In this document: positions 42,036 through 53,021 of the stretch, piece by piece
How the letters are laid out: each line of letters starts with the position of its first letter
Position numbering within the stretch: the first letter of the stretch is position 1
NCBI GenBank assembly: GCA_963733095.1
Contig: CAVTBV010000013.1
Location: forward strand, 416,001 to 480,000
DNA from: Candidatus Bathyarchaeota archaeon
GTDB lineage: Archaea; Thermoproteota; Bathyarchaeia; Bathyarchaeales; Bathycorpusculaceae
Reading direction: 5' to 3'
DNA length: 64,000 nucleotides
Program-made: the position numbers and the translations under genes
The notes under the pieces: generated by a model
The model's input: the letters and a program-made list of their open reading frames with translations, nothing else
Databases searched by the model: none
What the model was told of the DNA's origin: nothing

Positions 42036-43200
42036 TTACTTTCGCTTCCTAAATACTTTATGTCCTGCAATTTCAGTGTGATATTCAAAGCCTATTTCCA
42101 TCAGTTTAATAGCGTCTTCTAGTTCATCAGCAACCTTAACGATAAAGCCGTCAGTACCCTTCGATAAGTAAAGCATCTTGTCAATGTGAACATAGGTTTC
42201 TGTTGAGTTCTGTGATTTATGGCCTAGAATAATTTGCACTCTTTCGCGGTCATGGAAGTTATGCAGTTCAGTTGTAGCTTTCCAATGTCGGGAGGTATGG
42301 AAATGAATTTTTAGTATGTTTGGATTAGCGATTTTATCAGCTATTCTTTTGCGTTGACTGAAAAAGCAAGCTCGCAAGCCACTTGAATTAGCAAAGATTC
42401 TTTCGCCTTTTCGCCTTATGTTAGCAAGCATGCTCATGGATTTCTCGGTTAAAGGTAGGATTCTGCCATTGCTTCGTTTCTCTGCTTTAATGTTGACTTT
42501 ACGCTGCACAAAGTCTATGTCTGCCCATGTTAACTGTGAGATTTCACCGCATCTGGCGCCTGTGTCTTTGAGTATTTGGCAGAATGTAGCGGTCTTTTTT
42601 CCTAAACCGGCTATGAGCTGGTCGATTTCTTCCTCAGTTGGAATATAAGGAACTTCACTATCTCGATAATAGGTTGGCTTTTTCCAGTAGATTCCATTAA
42701 AATCAAACCATGTGGCAAGCATACTTGCGGTTAATCTTTTACTTGCTTGCTTTATCTCCAAGTCAGCTAAGACAGCTTTTGTGCTTTCAGGGTTAAAGAG
42801 ATTCGCGCCTTTTTTAAGCAAAAGCCCAAGATAGATTTGATAGTTTAGTATGGTTGTTTTTGCTTTTCCATCGTTCTTTAATTGTACTAGTAGCTTCTCG
42901 ATTTGTGGGGCTGCTTTTAACTCGTATTCTGTTGGTGTGTGGTCCTTCTCCGCACAGATTTTTATTTTCTGTGCTGAAACCATTTTTTTCGCTCCGGATA
43001 CGCTTAAATGGTTACTTTCCTTATTGACGCTAACACTATTTAAGACTGTGTTTTGGTCCCAACGGTGTCCATATTCGGCACATCTATACCTTTGAACTGG
43101 CTTTTCAGATAAAGCGCTAGCTTGGTGCGGGTCGGGTTCCATCAAGATAAACCCGTTTGCTTCCACATTGAGGGCATTTAAGAACCGCTAAGGCTTCCAT
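42036..43200 (-). CDS. Tyrosine integrase with N-terminal Zn ribbon (frameshift near 43130)
   Basis: TGARCGE, HFHTSRH, LGHK, TETY. ATG at 43200 gives MEALAVLKCPQCGSKRVYLDGTR, which needs a shift to join VQRYRC. Confidence 0.85.
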
Positions 43201-45540
43201 CTAAGGACCCTCCGATTCATAGCTTGTCATTTCTGAATGGGCTGGCCTCCAAACTGCTTTAGGATATTCCTTTTGCAATCCTTCTAAACATGTAGTACAA
43301 CGTAGAATGGTGTCTTTAGTAGGTGTCAACAATTCCTTAGTGACATTTAGAGCATGTTTGCAGTATGTTCCTTCACATTTAGAGCCTTGAGGAATATCTT
43401 TTACAAACCAAACATATTTTTCCTCTATTGATTGGTTACTGCCAATATGCTTCTTTTCACTGGCGTCCCCCCTACCTACTATTTTATTTTTATCAGTATA
43501 TTCGGGGGGGACGTTTGTGAAATGACTTAATTCTGCCTCCGTTTCCGCTGGGATTTCTTCAGTTTCCAGGAGGTTTTTTAGTTCTATGTTAAGTAGTGTC
43601 CAACCGTCTTTTTCGGGGGTGTGCCTTGCAGGTCCGTAAGGATTTGTTGTTTCTTCCTTTTTTTCATATTCTACAAGCCCCAAGTATTCCATTTCTTTTA
43701 GTTCTCGCCAACAAGTAGCCAAAGGAATTTTTGCATTCCTAGCAATTGTTGAGGTAGTAAACTGTGCGTTTGGTGGGGTCAACATATTCTTAATGACCGC
43801 TACTCTGTTGGGCACGCATGTGTCACGTGCTACACGTTTGACTGTTTCAAGGTCTTCTTTTGTTACATTTTTACGGCCTCTGATTATAGCAAGGCTGTAA
43901 GCTAACTTCATGAGTTGTTTAACTAGTCTTGTTGGGTACTCTGTTACTGGTTGAGCTGCATCGTTTATCTCGAATTTCCAGAAATTAATCGGGACAGGTG
44001 TTCTAAGGATTGCCACACTAAGGGATATATCTTCAATTAGAAGCGAATACATTTCGGAAATCGTTGGGGTATCATCAAAATTGAGGTATTTTAGAAATCT
44101 TGAGGTGGCATCGATTAATTCATCTCTCATTTGTTCTTCTTTGCCAAGGTTTTGAAGGGCTTTATGTGTGGCTTTTTTACTATCTGGATGGTGTCTTATC
44201 TTTAGAAACCTCTCGCCTAGTTGCAAGTACATTTTCGTAAAAGTGTCAATGGCCGGTGTGCAAGCGATAATTAAACCTATATTGGCTTCTATTCTAACGG
44301 GTTGAGCTGAAGTTCCAAAAGCAAACTCTATGTATCCATCATAAAGACTTCTTAATTGACTAAATATTTCGTCTCTGTCCTCTCTGCGTTTACCAAGTAA
44401 AACAGTGAAATCTTTGATAACTAGAACTTTTTTGTCAATTTCTTTTAGTATTCCTAAAACAGGTATCGGTTTGCCCTCTTCGTCTTTGTCAACTTTTCCA
44501 CTAATGAAGGTGTGTGCTGTTACGCTGTCAAGAGTGTAAATGTCATCATTTTTTAAGCTGCGTACTAATTCAGTTTTTGTTCCACCGCTTGGACTTATCA
44601 ACGCCATCCATAACGGATCACCCTTTATTCTTCGGTCAACTGCTGCGCTTAGAATTACATCAATAACTTCCTCATCCGAACCGATAAACAACCATTTTTT
44701 GAAGACATCTTTAAGTTCTGATAGTTTGAGTTGATTTTCCTCTTTGTCACGAGCTATGTATCCAGTTGCGTTTTCAACCATCCGAACTAGGTCATTGTCA
44801 TTCATTGGTGGTTTGTTTTTTTGGTTCCAGTCACGCATTTCTTTTAAGGCAGTATCAAAGTTAAAACCTTTAACGCCTACTAAGAAGGTAGCGTATTTTA
44901 TTCCTTGAGAATGTCTTATTCCTGCAGGTACTCCATTTCTCATTTGTTCATATGTGATTTTTTGTTTTACATCTTTTCCTAAATAAGGCTTCACCGCTTC
45001 CATAAAAACAGAGTATTCTATTCTTGCGATTGGTACATTCTTGGAGATAACGTATATTCCTGTTTTTTCTTCTTTTGTCGTTAAATCTTTGTAAGTGATT
45101 GGTGTACCCGGTGCAACTAAGTATTGATTATTTGCTCTTATTTCTCCCGATCCGTCTTCTTCTCCAGGAATATGTACGGTCTTGTTTGGAACTTGCTCAC
45201 CACATACGCAAAAATATTTATGAGGTAATCCTCTCCGTGGGCTTGTTACCTCAAAAGTTTCGGGTAAGACCTTGCTTAATAGATCGTACATTTCTTTTTT
45301 GTCAGTATCAATTAAAACTAAGAAGTCTTTACCTAAAATTCCCCATCGGTTATGTGGTTGTCTACCTTGGCAGTATTTACAGAAACATGGAACAAAACTC
45401 TCCAAGTTTTCTGGGCTGTAAGGATGGTTTTGAAAATCAAACTCAAAAGCTGCCTTATCAGGTCCAATTTTCAAGAAGCGATCAACTGATAACTCCGTTT
45501 CTTTTAGGCGTTGCACTAGTATAGTTTGCTGCTCGTTCAA
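43201..45540 (-). CDS. Plasmid-type replication protein: Prim-Pol primase + PriCT + AAA+ (MCM-like) helicase + wHTH
   Basis: LIDTD, HKYF, QYLVAPG (Prim-Pol); GIRHS..WNQKNKPPM (PriCT); SPSGGTKT, LVIKDF, GERFL, PTRLVKQL. Confidence 0.85.
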   Translation of the reverse strand: MNEQQTILVQRLKETELSVDRFLKIGPDKAAFEFDFQNHPYSPENLESFVPCFCKYCQGRQPHNRWGILGKDFLVLIDTDKKEMYDLLSKVLPETFEVTSPRRGLPHKYFCVCGEQVPNKTVHIPGEEDGSGEIRANNQYLVAPGTPITYKDLTTKEEKTGIYVISKNVPIARIEYSVFMEAVKPYLGKDVKQKITYEQMRNGVPAGIRHSQGIKYATFLVGVKGFNFDTALKEMRDWNQKNKPPMNDNDLVRMVENATGYIARDKEENQLKLSELKDVFKKWLFIGSDEEVIDVILSAAVDRRIKGDPLWMALISPSGGTKTELVRSLKNDDIYTLDSVTAHTFISGKVDKDEEGKPIPVLGILKEIDKKVLVIKDFTVLLGKRREDRDEIFSQLRSLYDGYIEFAFGTSAQPVRIEANIGLIIACTPAIDTFTKMYLQLGERFLKIRHHPDSKKATHKALQNLGKEEQMRDELIDATSRFLKYLNFDDTPTISEMYSLLIEDISLSVAILRTPVPINFWKFEINDAAQPVTEYPTRLVKQLMKLAYSLAIIRGRKNVTKEDLETVKRVARDTCVPNRVAVIKNMLTPPNAQFTTSTIARNAKIPLATCWRELKEMEYLGLVEYEKKEETTNPYGPARHTPEKDGWTLLNIELKNLLETEEIPAETEAELSHFTNVPPEYTDKNKIVGRGDASEKKHIGSNQSIEEKYVWFVKDIPQGSKCEGTYCKHALNVTKELLTPTKDTILRCTTCLEGLQKEYPKAVWRPAHSEMTSYESEGP

Positions 45541-45764
45541 GGTTTTAGCTCCAGACTAAAATTTAATGGTTCTTGTGTTGCTGTTTGGGAAAATTTACAA
45601 ACGTCTGCTTGGGGAATATGCATTCGTAAAAGAGAATCTAAAGCCTTTCGGGTTACTAAGCCTATGAAAATAAACTCTGAATTGACCAGAGCGTACACTT
45701 TGAAGGACCGCCATGAATGCGATGGCTCGATTTTTCCCGTTAAATAGAAGCGGTTGCTTTGCAT
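45537..45764 (-). CDS. Small hypothetical protein of the integrated element
   Basis: Overlapping, co-oriented with the primase gene. Confidence 0.5.
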   Translation of the reverse strand: MQSNRFYLTGKIEPSHSWRSFKVYALVNSEFIFIGLVTRKALDSLLRMHIPQADVCKFSQTATQEPLNFSLELKP

Positions 45765-46150
45765 TGTTTTTCACCGTTTTTTTTGCGTTTTTGCCGATAA
45801 ATCTTATCGGCCCCAAAGAGCCAATATGAAAATTCGTAGTTTTCACCGTAATAACGGTCTGCTATCGTTGCATTGTTAACTCTCATAATGTTGAAAGGTG
45901 AATTCCATTTATCTGGTAGATTGTTCTGTTTGTGAGCTACTTCAAAGTCTCCAAGTTGACTGCCTTTCTGAGATTCATACTTCAAAATACCGAAAGTGAG
46001 CTCAACAACAGTAGCAGTATGCTTCTTGTTTTCTTGTGCTTTAACTTCTTTAGGCGCTATAGAGTCAATGAATTCGTTTGTCGCATCGGCTAACATTTGA
46101 GCGCTATCTCGTACCTTAACTAAATATTCGACAAGCCTATGATCGGTCAA
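45740..46150 (-). CDS. Hypothetical protein of the integrated element
   Basis: 136 aa, same operon. Confidence 0.6.
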   Translation of the reverse strand: MTDHRLVEYLVKVRDSAQMLADATNEFIDSIAPKEVKAQENKKHTATVVELTFGILKYESQKGSQLGDFEVAHKQNNLPDKWNSPFNIMRVNNATIADRYYGENYEFSYWLFGADKIYRQKRKKNGEKQCKATASI

Positions 46151-46380
46151 GCTTTATCCCTCACACGTGGCACCCCTTGATTGCACGCTGGAGTTAGAGC
46201 CGTAGTGTGTTTTCCAAGACTGCATTTGTAATTCTCGAAATCGAAATGCTTGCAGAATTTGCATTTGGTAATTGGCAGGAAGTTCTCTAAGCTGGTTTCT
46301 TTCGCTCTGTTTAAATAAACCAATGGAGCGAAACGTGCTTTAAGATGAAGAATAAAACTCTCAAAGAAGGATAATTCTTG

Positions 46381-46665
46381 TTAAGCCTCCTTCTCATTCT
46401 TTTCCAAGGTGCCAAATAGTGCTACTGATTTATTTTTGGACCAAAAAACCCAGGACTTGCTTGTTTTTACTCCACTGATCTTCTTTGCCATTAGTAATCC
46501 TAAACAATGAGCTAAAGCGGTGCTCCAGTTTCCTATTCCGACTTCCAGTCGAATTTTTTCAGTATCCGTTGGTGTATCTGTCTTCTCAAGGAGGTTAACG
46601 ATTCTTTCGTCATATCCGTTTTCCATTTTGTTGTACCTCTCTATGACAGTCTTAACAACTGTCAA
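46381..46665 (-). CDS. Small winged-helix DNA-binding protein (CopG/excisionase-like role)
   Basis: IGNWSTALAHCLGL...GVKTSKSWVFW; first gene of the leftward operon. Confidence 0.6.
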   Translation of the reverse strand: MTVVKTVIERYNKMENGYDERIVNLLEKTDTPTDTEKIRLEVGIGNWSTALAHCLGLLMAKKISGVKTSKSWVFWSKNKSVALFGTLEKNEKEA

Positions 46666-46753
46666 AAGAAAAAAGCTGGAAATTAATCCTTATTTTAAGC
46701 TGGAAACTAAAAAACCGTTAAACATATAAGTCTAAAAATAGCACTATGCTAAT

Positions 46754-47260
46754 ATGGAAGATGTAGAAATTAACCGCTATTACGCCAACAAAAAAGAACG
46801 AAACCTAAGTTGGCAAGGAAAATTCTTTAGAAACGGAATGACTGATTATGAAATGTACCGCAACATTGCTAGCTTGTTAAGACCTGAAGAACGATTGAAA
46901 ATATTTCAAAAATATTGTGAAGTTCTCGGCAGCAGAATTCCAGAGCGCATAAGAACAGATAATCTGAAGTTCAAAGAGACTCTTCTCAAAGGTGTGCCTA
47001 GCGTAATACAAACTGACGTTTACAGGTTTCTTCCTAAGTCTAAATCTAAAAGAGGCGGTCATGTCCCCGATCCAGAAACATGTGCCAAATTTATTATTGC
47101 TTTAAAATATTTACATAACCAAAATGCCCTGGTTCTTGAGCTATTAAAACCAGCCATTAACGCAATGACCTTTACCTTCAAGAGATTTGGTGTAGAATGG
47201 TTCAATGCCTTTGTTACTAAGTATTCTCAAGAGGACATTGCTCGACTTGTCATTTTATAA
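46754..47260 (+). CDS. Putative regulator, divergent from the replication operon
   Basis: Divergent arrangement; VYRFLPK..HVPDPET HTH-like segment. Confidence 0.5.
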   Translation: MEDVEINRYYANKKERNLSWQGKFFRNGMTDYEMYRNIASLLRPEERLKIFQKYCEVLGSRIPERIRTDNLKFKETLLKGVPSVIQTDVYRFLPKSKSKRGGHVPDPETCAKFIIALKYLHNQNALVLELLKPAINAMTFTFKRFGVEWFNAFVTKYSQEDIARLVIL

Positions 47261-47559
47261 TTAAGTAGCATAGTGCTAATAATAACTCTTAATTATCAGT
47301 TAAAAATGAAAAATAGCCTTGAATCTAAGTATTATTGGATGTTTTTTCTTTTGAGGGTGCCGGATGTGCAAGTGATCTTTAAGGTTTGGAGTCAGTTTTT
47401 TTTGCAAGGAAGCTGGCGCTCTCACCATGCTGAGAAGATGCTTGTCCTCCGGCGTTCTTGGGGTATTGCAAAAAAATTGAGAAGGTCACACCAACCAAAT
47501 TTTCAATGCCAATGCAGTACCCCTTTTTTCTATGGCGGGGCAATTAAGGGGTTTAAGAC

Positions 47560-48141
47560 TTGAAAATGAAAAAGAGAAAACAAATTCTGTTGTTTTTAGG
47601 AGTAGTTACTCTATTTTTAGGCATTGTTCTTATTGGTGGAGTGGCTTATGCAAGTCTTGAGATTAAACCGCTTGGCCTGTTTTATAGTCAAAATAGCCTT
47701 TATACTGCCGATTTTTCCCCAACTATAGCGACAGTTGCAATCAATCAGTCACAATTTTTTACTATCACGCTAAAGTCTTGGAGTGGAGCAACACTTGACA
47801 TAGCTTCTCACACAATCAGTTATACTTGGTTTTTAGACTCAAATCGGGTTCCAATAACTGGTTCTTATGGATTCTTATTTTTCGGGGGTCCTGGCGCTAA
47901 TCAAGTTCGGGTTCAAATATTGGTGGATGGAAACCAAATTAACTGCTATGCAACTTTAAATGTGACAAATCCTGACGGCTCCATGTCTGTTCCAACTCCA
48001 ATCCCAACCCCAACACCGAATCCATTAACCTCTTTAGTTCCGAATAATCCACTAGCCAAAGCATTAATTGTCGTAATAGGCTTGGCAAATACGGCTTTAG
48101 GCTCAACAATCCTCTTGTTATCAAAAAGATTGGGGAACTAG
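47560..48141 (+). CDS. Secreted/membrane protein with N- and C-terminal TM and PT linker
   Basis: Signal peptide, PTPIPTPTP, C-terminal TM. Confidence 0.65.
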   Translation: MKMKKRKQILLFLGVVTLFLGIVLIGGVAYASLEIKPLGLFYSQNSLYTADFSPTIATVAINQSQFFTITLKSWSGATLDIASHTISYTWFLDSNRVPITGSYGFLFFGGPGANQVRVQILVDGNQINCYATLNVTNPDGSMSVPTPIPTPTPNPLTSLVPNNPLAKALIVVIGLANTALGSTILLLSKRLGN

Positions 48142-48417
48142 AAAGTGCAAGTTAGTAGCCCAATTAAGCTTAAGGAGAAAGCAATTTTTGATTCAAGGAC
48201 TCAAGGTTTCATAGACCAACTGAAAAAAGAATCAACGAGGAAAGGTGGCTCTCAGTTTGAGTTATAATGCACGTGGAGGTCACGGTTATGGTGGTCAGTC
48301 GAGAAGGGGAAGTTCTGGTTCTCGTAGTTATCCAGGCAAACGACAAGTCGCCAATATTAAACCTTTACTGCATAGGATACTGTTAAGTTATTTGTCATGG
48401 GTCGAGGTGCCTAGTTA

Positions 48418-48732
48418 ATGGGTACCTATTACGACATCGTCTGCCCTCAGAGCAAGGATGTCTTGCGATTATGGAAAGTTGCTAACCTTTGGGAAAGGCT
48501 AGAATATTTGTTTCAAAATGGGCTTTTGGCAATGAAAAGAACGGAACCAGACTCTTCCTACACTAACTTCATTGTTTTGGCACAAGCTTTTTTCCATATC
48601 GTAGAAATGGAAGTGCCACAAGCAAAAACATGGCTTGAAGACCATGTGAACTGCAAACTCTTCTTTGTTGATTCCGAGTATAGCGACGCTTTCAACTACT
48701 ACATAGGTTATAACATAACTGACAGTCAATAA
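48418..48732 (+). CDS. Hypothetical protein
   Basis: GAGGTG RBS; 104 aa. Confidence 0.6.
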   Translation: MGTYYDIVCPQSKDVLRLWKVANLWERLEYLFQNGLLAMKRTEPDSSYTNFIVLAQAFFHIVEMEVPQAKTWLEDHVNCKLFFVDSEYSDAFNYYIGYNITDSQ

Positions 48733-48746
48733 TTCTGCTCAATTTA

Positions 48747-50114
48747 TTGCCCAAAAACTTTTACGCTAATCCACATAAAATAGAGCAACATATGGTTATC
48801 CTAACTCCTGAAGAAAAACGCTCAATCTTGCTCAGAGCACAAACCATGTCAGTCGGCAATAAAGCCGCAGAGAGAAATTGCCAAGAACTACTTGCTGCCC
48901 TAATGATTATCAAAAAAACGCTTGGAACCCAATGGTACCAGAAAGCTATGAAAGGTTATCCCAAACAAATATCAACTATTATGCCAACCACGCACAACCA
49001 TCTATTAAAAGAGGACACTGACCCACCACTCACAAGACTCCTCAAGGGAGGTGTGCCCTCAAACATCGTTCAAATAATTCAATTCGCCATGTATATCCAA
49101 GAATTATCGGACAATACCAGTCTTCAGGAAAAAATAGCCGATTATGTCAACCAAGAACGACGTGTTGACATATTATATAGTCATTTTACTCGTTTACTCT
49201 TTGAATTGAAAGTTGCCGATGTCTGCAAGAGGCGTGGGTTGAGTATTCATTTTCTTCCAAAGCAGAAGAAGGCTACACCAGATTTTGAGGTTTCTTCCCC
49301 CCTCGGAAAGACCTACGTTGAATGTAAACGCAAGGATATTCAGGTTAAGTTTTCAAAGGAACTCAACGATATTTACGGGCGAATTATTGTAGGGATTCAA
49401 AACGACATGAGCCAAAGGAATTTAAATTACTCAATCAAGGTTTTACTGAATAAAGAGGCAAAAACTGAAGATATAGAGAAGGCTATTTCAATCGCGCATG
49501 AAGGCATAATTCAGAATCGGGACAGTTTTAAAATAAACGTGGGCAGTCTCACCGTTGAGGGGGTTAGACTTACCGACTATAATGTAATCCACTCTTCGAA
49601 AGAAATTCCATCGGTAGAGGATGAACCGACTCTTAGGGACTCTGATTACTACGCTGAATGCAACATACACCCTCCTCCAATTCATGACTTTTTTAACCTT
49701 CAAAAATCGGATTTACCCATACGAAATTTCAGGGTTGTTGCTGTTTATTCGCCATTTTATGCTAGTTTAGTTGAAAGTATTCTGCATTCGATAAAAGACG
49801 CTAGTACTCAACTGCTTGAATCAAGCGGGCATGGTGTAATAGCAATAGAGATTTCATATGATAGAACTATTGCTACTGCCGAACCAGAAGTTAGAAAGGT
49901 GACAGAAAGTATTCCTGAATTGCTGAAAACAATGCCTCATATCGGGGCTGTTCTATTCTTTTTGGAAGAAGTGGTTGATGAGGCGAGAAAAACCCACAGG
50001 CGAACAAGATGCCTTCGATTTTTTAACCCGTCTACGTCGCATAAACTACCTGCTGATATTGAACATGTAATGGCTACTGATGTTTCTTTACCACATGCTT
50101 CACTTCTCGAATAG
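48747..50114 (+). CDS. PD-(D/E)XK nuclease-domain protein
   Basis: LFELKVA...TPDFEV..YVECK. Confidence 0.7.
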   Translation: MPKNFYANPHKIEQHMVILTPEEKRSILLRAQTMSVGNKAAERNCQELLAALMIIKKTLGTQWYQKAMKGYPKQISTIMPTTHNHLLKEDTDPPLTRLLKGGVPSNIVQIIQFAMYIQELSDNTSLQEKIADYVNQERRVDILYSHFTRLLFELKVADVCKRRGLSIHFLPKQKKATPDFEVSSPLGKTYVECKRKDIQVKFSKELNDIYGRIIVGIQNDMSQRNLNYSIKVLLNKEAKTEDIEKAISIAHEGIIQNRDSFKINVGSLTVEGVRLTDYNVIHSSKEIPSVEDEPTLRDSDYYAECNIHPPPIHDFFNLQKSDLPIRNFRVVAVYSPFYASLVESILHSIKDASTQLLESSGHGVIAIEISYDRTIATAEPEVRKVTESIPELLKTMPHIGAVLFFLEEVVDEARKTHRRTRCLRFFNPSTSHKLPADIEHVMATDVSLPHASLLE

Positions 50115-50156
50115 GTATCTTGTGGGTATACCACTGTTGGTAATAACAAAGAGTTT

Positions 50157-50618
50157 GTGGGCACAATTCCCCTAATCCCTGCATCTCCTGTTCGTAAAAT
50201 AATAGATTTTTATCGTAAGCATGAAATCCAAACTTTTGCTATTGATGGGGGTACTAAGGATATTATTACGAACGATGTAGAATTGCGCGTGGTTTTATCT
50301 GCGATAGATGGCGAGAGTCATTGTTTGAGTGGCACTTTAATTTACGCATGTAACCTTGGGTATCCGAAAATTGTTCAGAATGAATCCAGAGCCGATGATT
50401 TTCTCAGTCTTTTTGCATACATCGATATTTTTGGCAGTGTGTTTAAAGGTAGAGGCGGTAAGTCAAAGAAGAAACCACCAAAGGCAAGGGCTAAACTGTT
50501 TTCCAGCGAAAAATATAGTTATGAGAGTTCCACTTATGTTGAAGCGAGGACAAAGTTAGGTTCACCTCTTTCCCCTGAAACTCTTAAGGGCATTAATAAA
50601 AAAAGACAATTAATCTAA
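50157..50618 (+). pseudogene. Fragment of a hypothetical protein (5'-truncated, in-frame TAA at 50616)
   Basis: Frame is open upstream (NNKEFVGTIP) and continues after the stop (SDYIRDIIG). Confidence 0.45.
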
Positions 50619-50783
50619 TCAGACTATATACGTGACATCATAGGTAAAGAAGACATCAAGCAATATTTGCTGAAAAAAAGGGTCTGTTAAGCAACCTATA
50701 GTAACCCGTTTAGAATCGCTTGCTAAAATACAAAAAGTCTTTAGTGACATTGAGCCAATGAAAAAATATTCAATAAAAGGGTC

Positions 50784-51173
50784 ATGACAAATAACTTAAC
50801 AGTATCACTGCATAGTCAGTCTGTTGACCAAACTAACAATCCGAACTTTATCATAATAGCCAAAGCATTGCAGACTTGGAACAAGCCAACCTGTTAGTTC
50901 AATCTTCCAACCAATGAAGACCCACAACGATTAGCTTTTACTATAGCCCAAACGGCAAATCGACGGAAGCTTGATCTCCAAATCATAGAATCCCAAAAGG
51001 CTCAAGAGTTTCGAGTTGAAAGGATTATCCCTAAAGAAGATTTAGAAGATCAAGAACTGAATCCTGAAGAGAACATATTGCCTGAAGAAGGCCAGTCATT
51101 TGAAACATATAACTTCCTTACTGATCTCAACCTTCAACTCAAACTATTCGGTTGGCACTTAACCAAGGTTTAG
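50784..51173 (+). pseudogene. Hypothetical protein with an in-frame TAG at 50895
   Basis: Translated by hand: 130-codon frame with a single internal stop. Confidence 0.5.
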
Positions 51174-52005
51174 AGTTGCGGTCCATTCAAGAGGACCCTT
51201 TCTTGTTTCTTTACCCTACTTTTCTAACATATAATACTGTAAGCTTATCCATGCATGACCATAGTCACTCTGAAACTTTGTTGCTGCAAACTTTTAGTTT
51301 TAATAATGGTTCCAAGTCCTTGAAATGCTAAAGAAAAAATTTTTTTGGCTTTAAAAAAAATTCATAACCTAATATACAGAGTTTCTAAAAACAGCCCTTA
51401 AATTACGTTATGAGTAGTAAAAGTATGGATAATAGATGGAACTTGGAGAGGGGGGTAAAATAGAAATTACGCCTGCGCCCGCCTTTTAGGTAAGTTAGTA
51501 GACTTGTATAGTGCTCCTCAGGTGGTGTTCCATGAAAATTGATAAACATATTATATTTAGACTCGTCCATGCTTTAGATATACAACCTAGATTTTCTTTA
51601 CCGAGGTTTTTTTGCTCTCGGTTTGGCTTGGGGTCGGTTGCTTATCGACTTCAAGAATTATCTTAGTACCGACCTCTCCAGCGAGCCGAATATCATACAA
51701 GACACCGTTAAATTCATCCGTTTCTTTTTCTAAAGAGTCTGAAAGCTCCTTTTTTACCTTATTATCTTTAACATATTTCTGAACAACCTTTTTCAATTCA
51801 AGCAATGGAGTTGCTATTAGACTTAGCACTTTAATGATATCGCTTGTTGACATTTTAGCTCAGGTTGTTTTATACCTTTTAATTTAAGAAATTATGGGTA
51901 GAAAGGAAAGCTCGGCACTGACTGGTCGAAGAAAGTGAGAGTTTACAATTTTGATAATTATATGTGAAATAGACAGAGTGACTTTTTTTGATACCTAGCT
52001 CTCTT

Positions 52006-52599
52006 TCAGACGTTAAAGCTCTTGCCATTTTCGAACCATTGCCACTCTTTTAGGCAATCGGTCATCCATTGGTCTAGGCTATTTACGGCTTTGCCAGTTG
52101 GAATGTCGAGAAATAATCCGTAATTGTAGTGGTATGCTGTGTAGGGATTTTCATTTGATTTATTGGTAAATGCTTTGAGTTTTTCTTCATCGAATCGCTT
52201 TTTCCATATATCCTTATTTCTTATTTTCTTCATTTCAATAACAATCTCATTATTGTCGTCAATTCCCCTTGTGTGAACAACAATGTCTGGGCGTACAACT
52301 ATCGCATTGTTACCATCTATTTTCTTCATTAATTGCTCAGGAGTATATCTCTGTCTTAATAACTCCAGCATTTCCTCTGCATCGCCAAGCTTCTTCCCTT
52401 TATCCCCATGCTTGTTGTATTCGCAATCAACTTTTAGGTCGGTAAATTCTGATTGCAAGTACGATGCAAGTCTATGTGAAATCGATTTTTCATCAACATC
52501 TCGATTTAATAGGTCAGAGTCTTGCTTGTACAGATTTACCAATGCAGATTCTACTTTACCTCTTAATTCGTTTAAGTCCACAGTATCTAAACAACCCAT
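52006..52599 (-). CDS. PD-(D/E)XK nuclease-like protein
   Basis: EKSISHRLA, VDCEYNK, RPDIVVH..IVIEMKK. Confidence 0.75.
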   Translation of the reverse strand: MGCLDTVDLNELRGKVESALVNLYKQDSDLLNRDVDEKSISHRLASYLQSEFTDLKVDCEYNKHGDKGKKLGDAEEMLELLRQRYTPEQLMKKIDGNNAIVVRPDIVVHTRGIDDNNEIVIEMKKIRNKDIWKKRFDEEKLKAFTNKSNENPYTAYHYNYGLFLDIPTGKAVNSLDQWMTDCLKEWQWFENGKSFNV

Positions 52600-53021
52600 C
52601 TCTTACTTGTCTGAAAAAACGTATTAGTTTTGCGATAAAACTCTGCTTCTAAATTTTGAAGGTACCCTTCGAACCATTCTTTGAGGGCAGAAAACAGCTA
52701 TAATTAATCAAAAAAGCAAAAACAGTTCTTAATATGTCTCCATGCTACGGACTTTTTCTTATTTTATCTGGGTGTCGGAAGGGTCAATTTTCTGCTCCGA
52801 GAGGACTTACTTGGAAACATCCCTAACTTGATTGTGTGCTTCTACATAGTTAATGTGTTTTATTATTCGAGCAATTTCATGACATCGCATTCCGTTCCCT
52901 GTCTCTCCAGCGTACTTGCAAACAATTACTGCTCCAACCCCTTCAAGGATACCTTTTAGTTTTTGAATTTCATTATAGATTTTTTCTTCGTCCAGTTTAT
53001 TTTACCTCAATCATAGTCAAT

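Noticed and set aside
40454-50897. Pyrrolysine read-through of in-frame TAG codons (40454, 50895)
   Set aside because: In-frame TAA and TGA stops and frameshifts are equally common nearby; no pyl genes in view; ordinary decay suffices.
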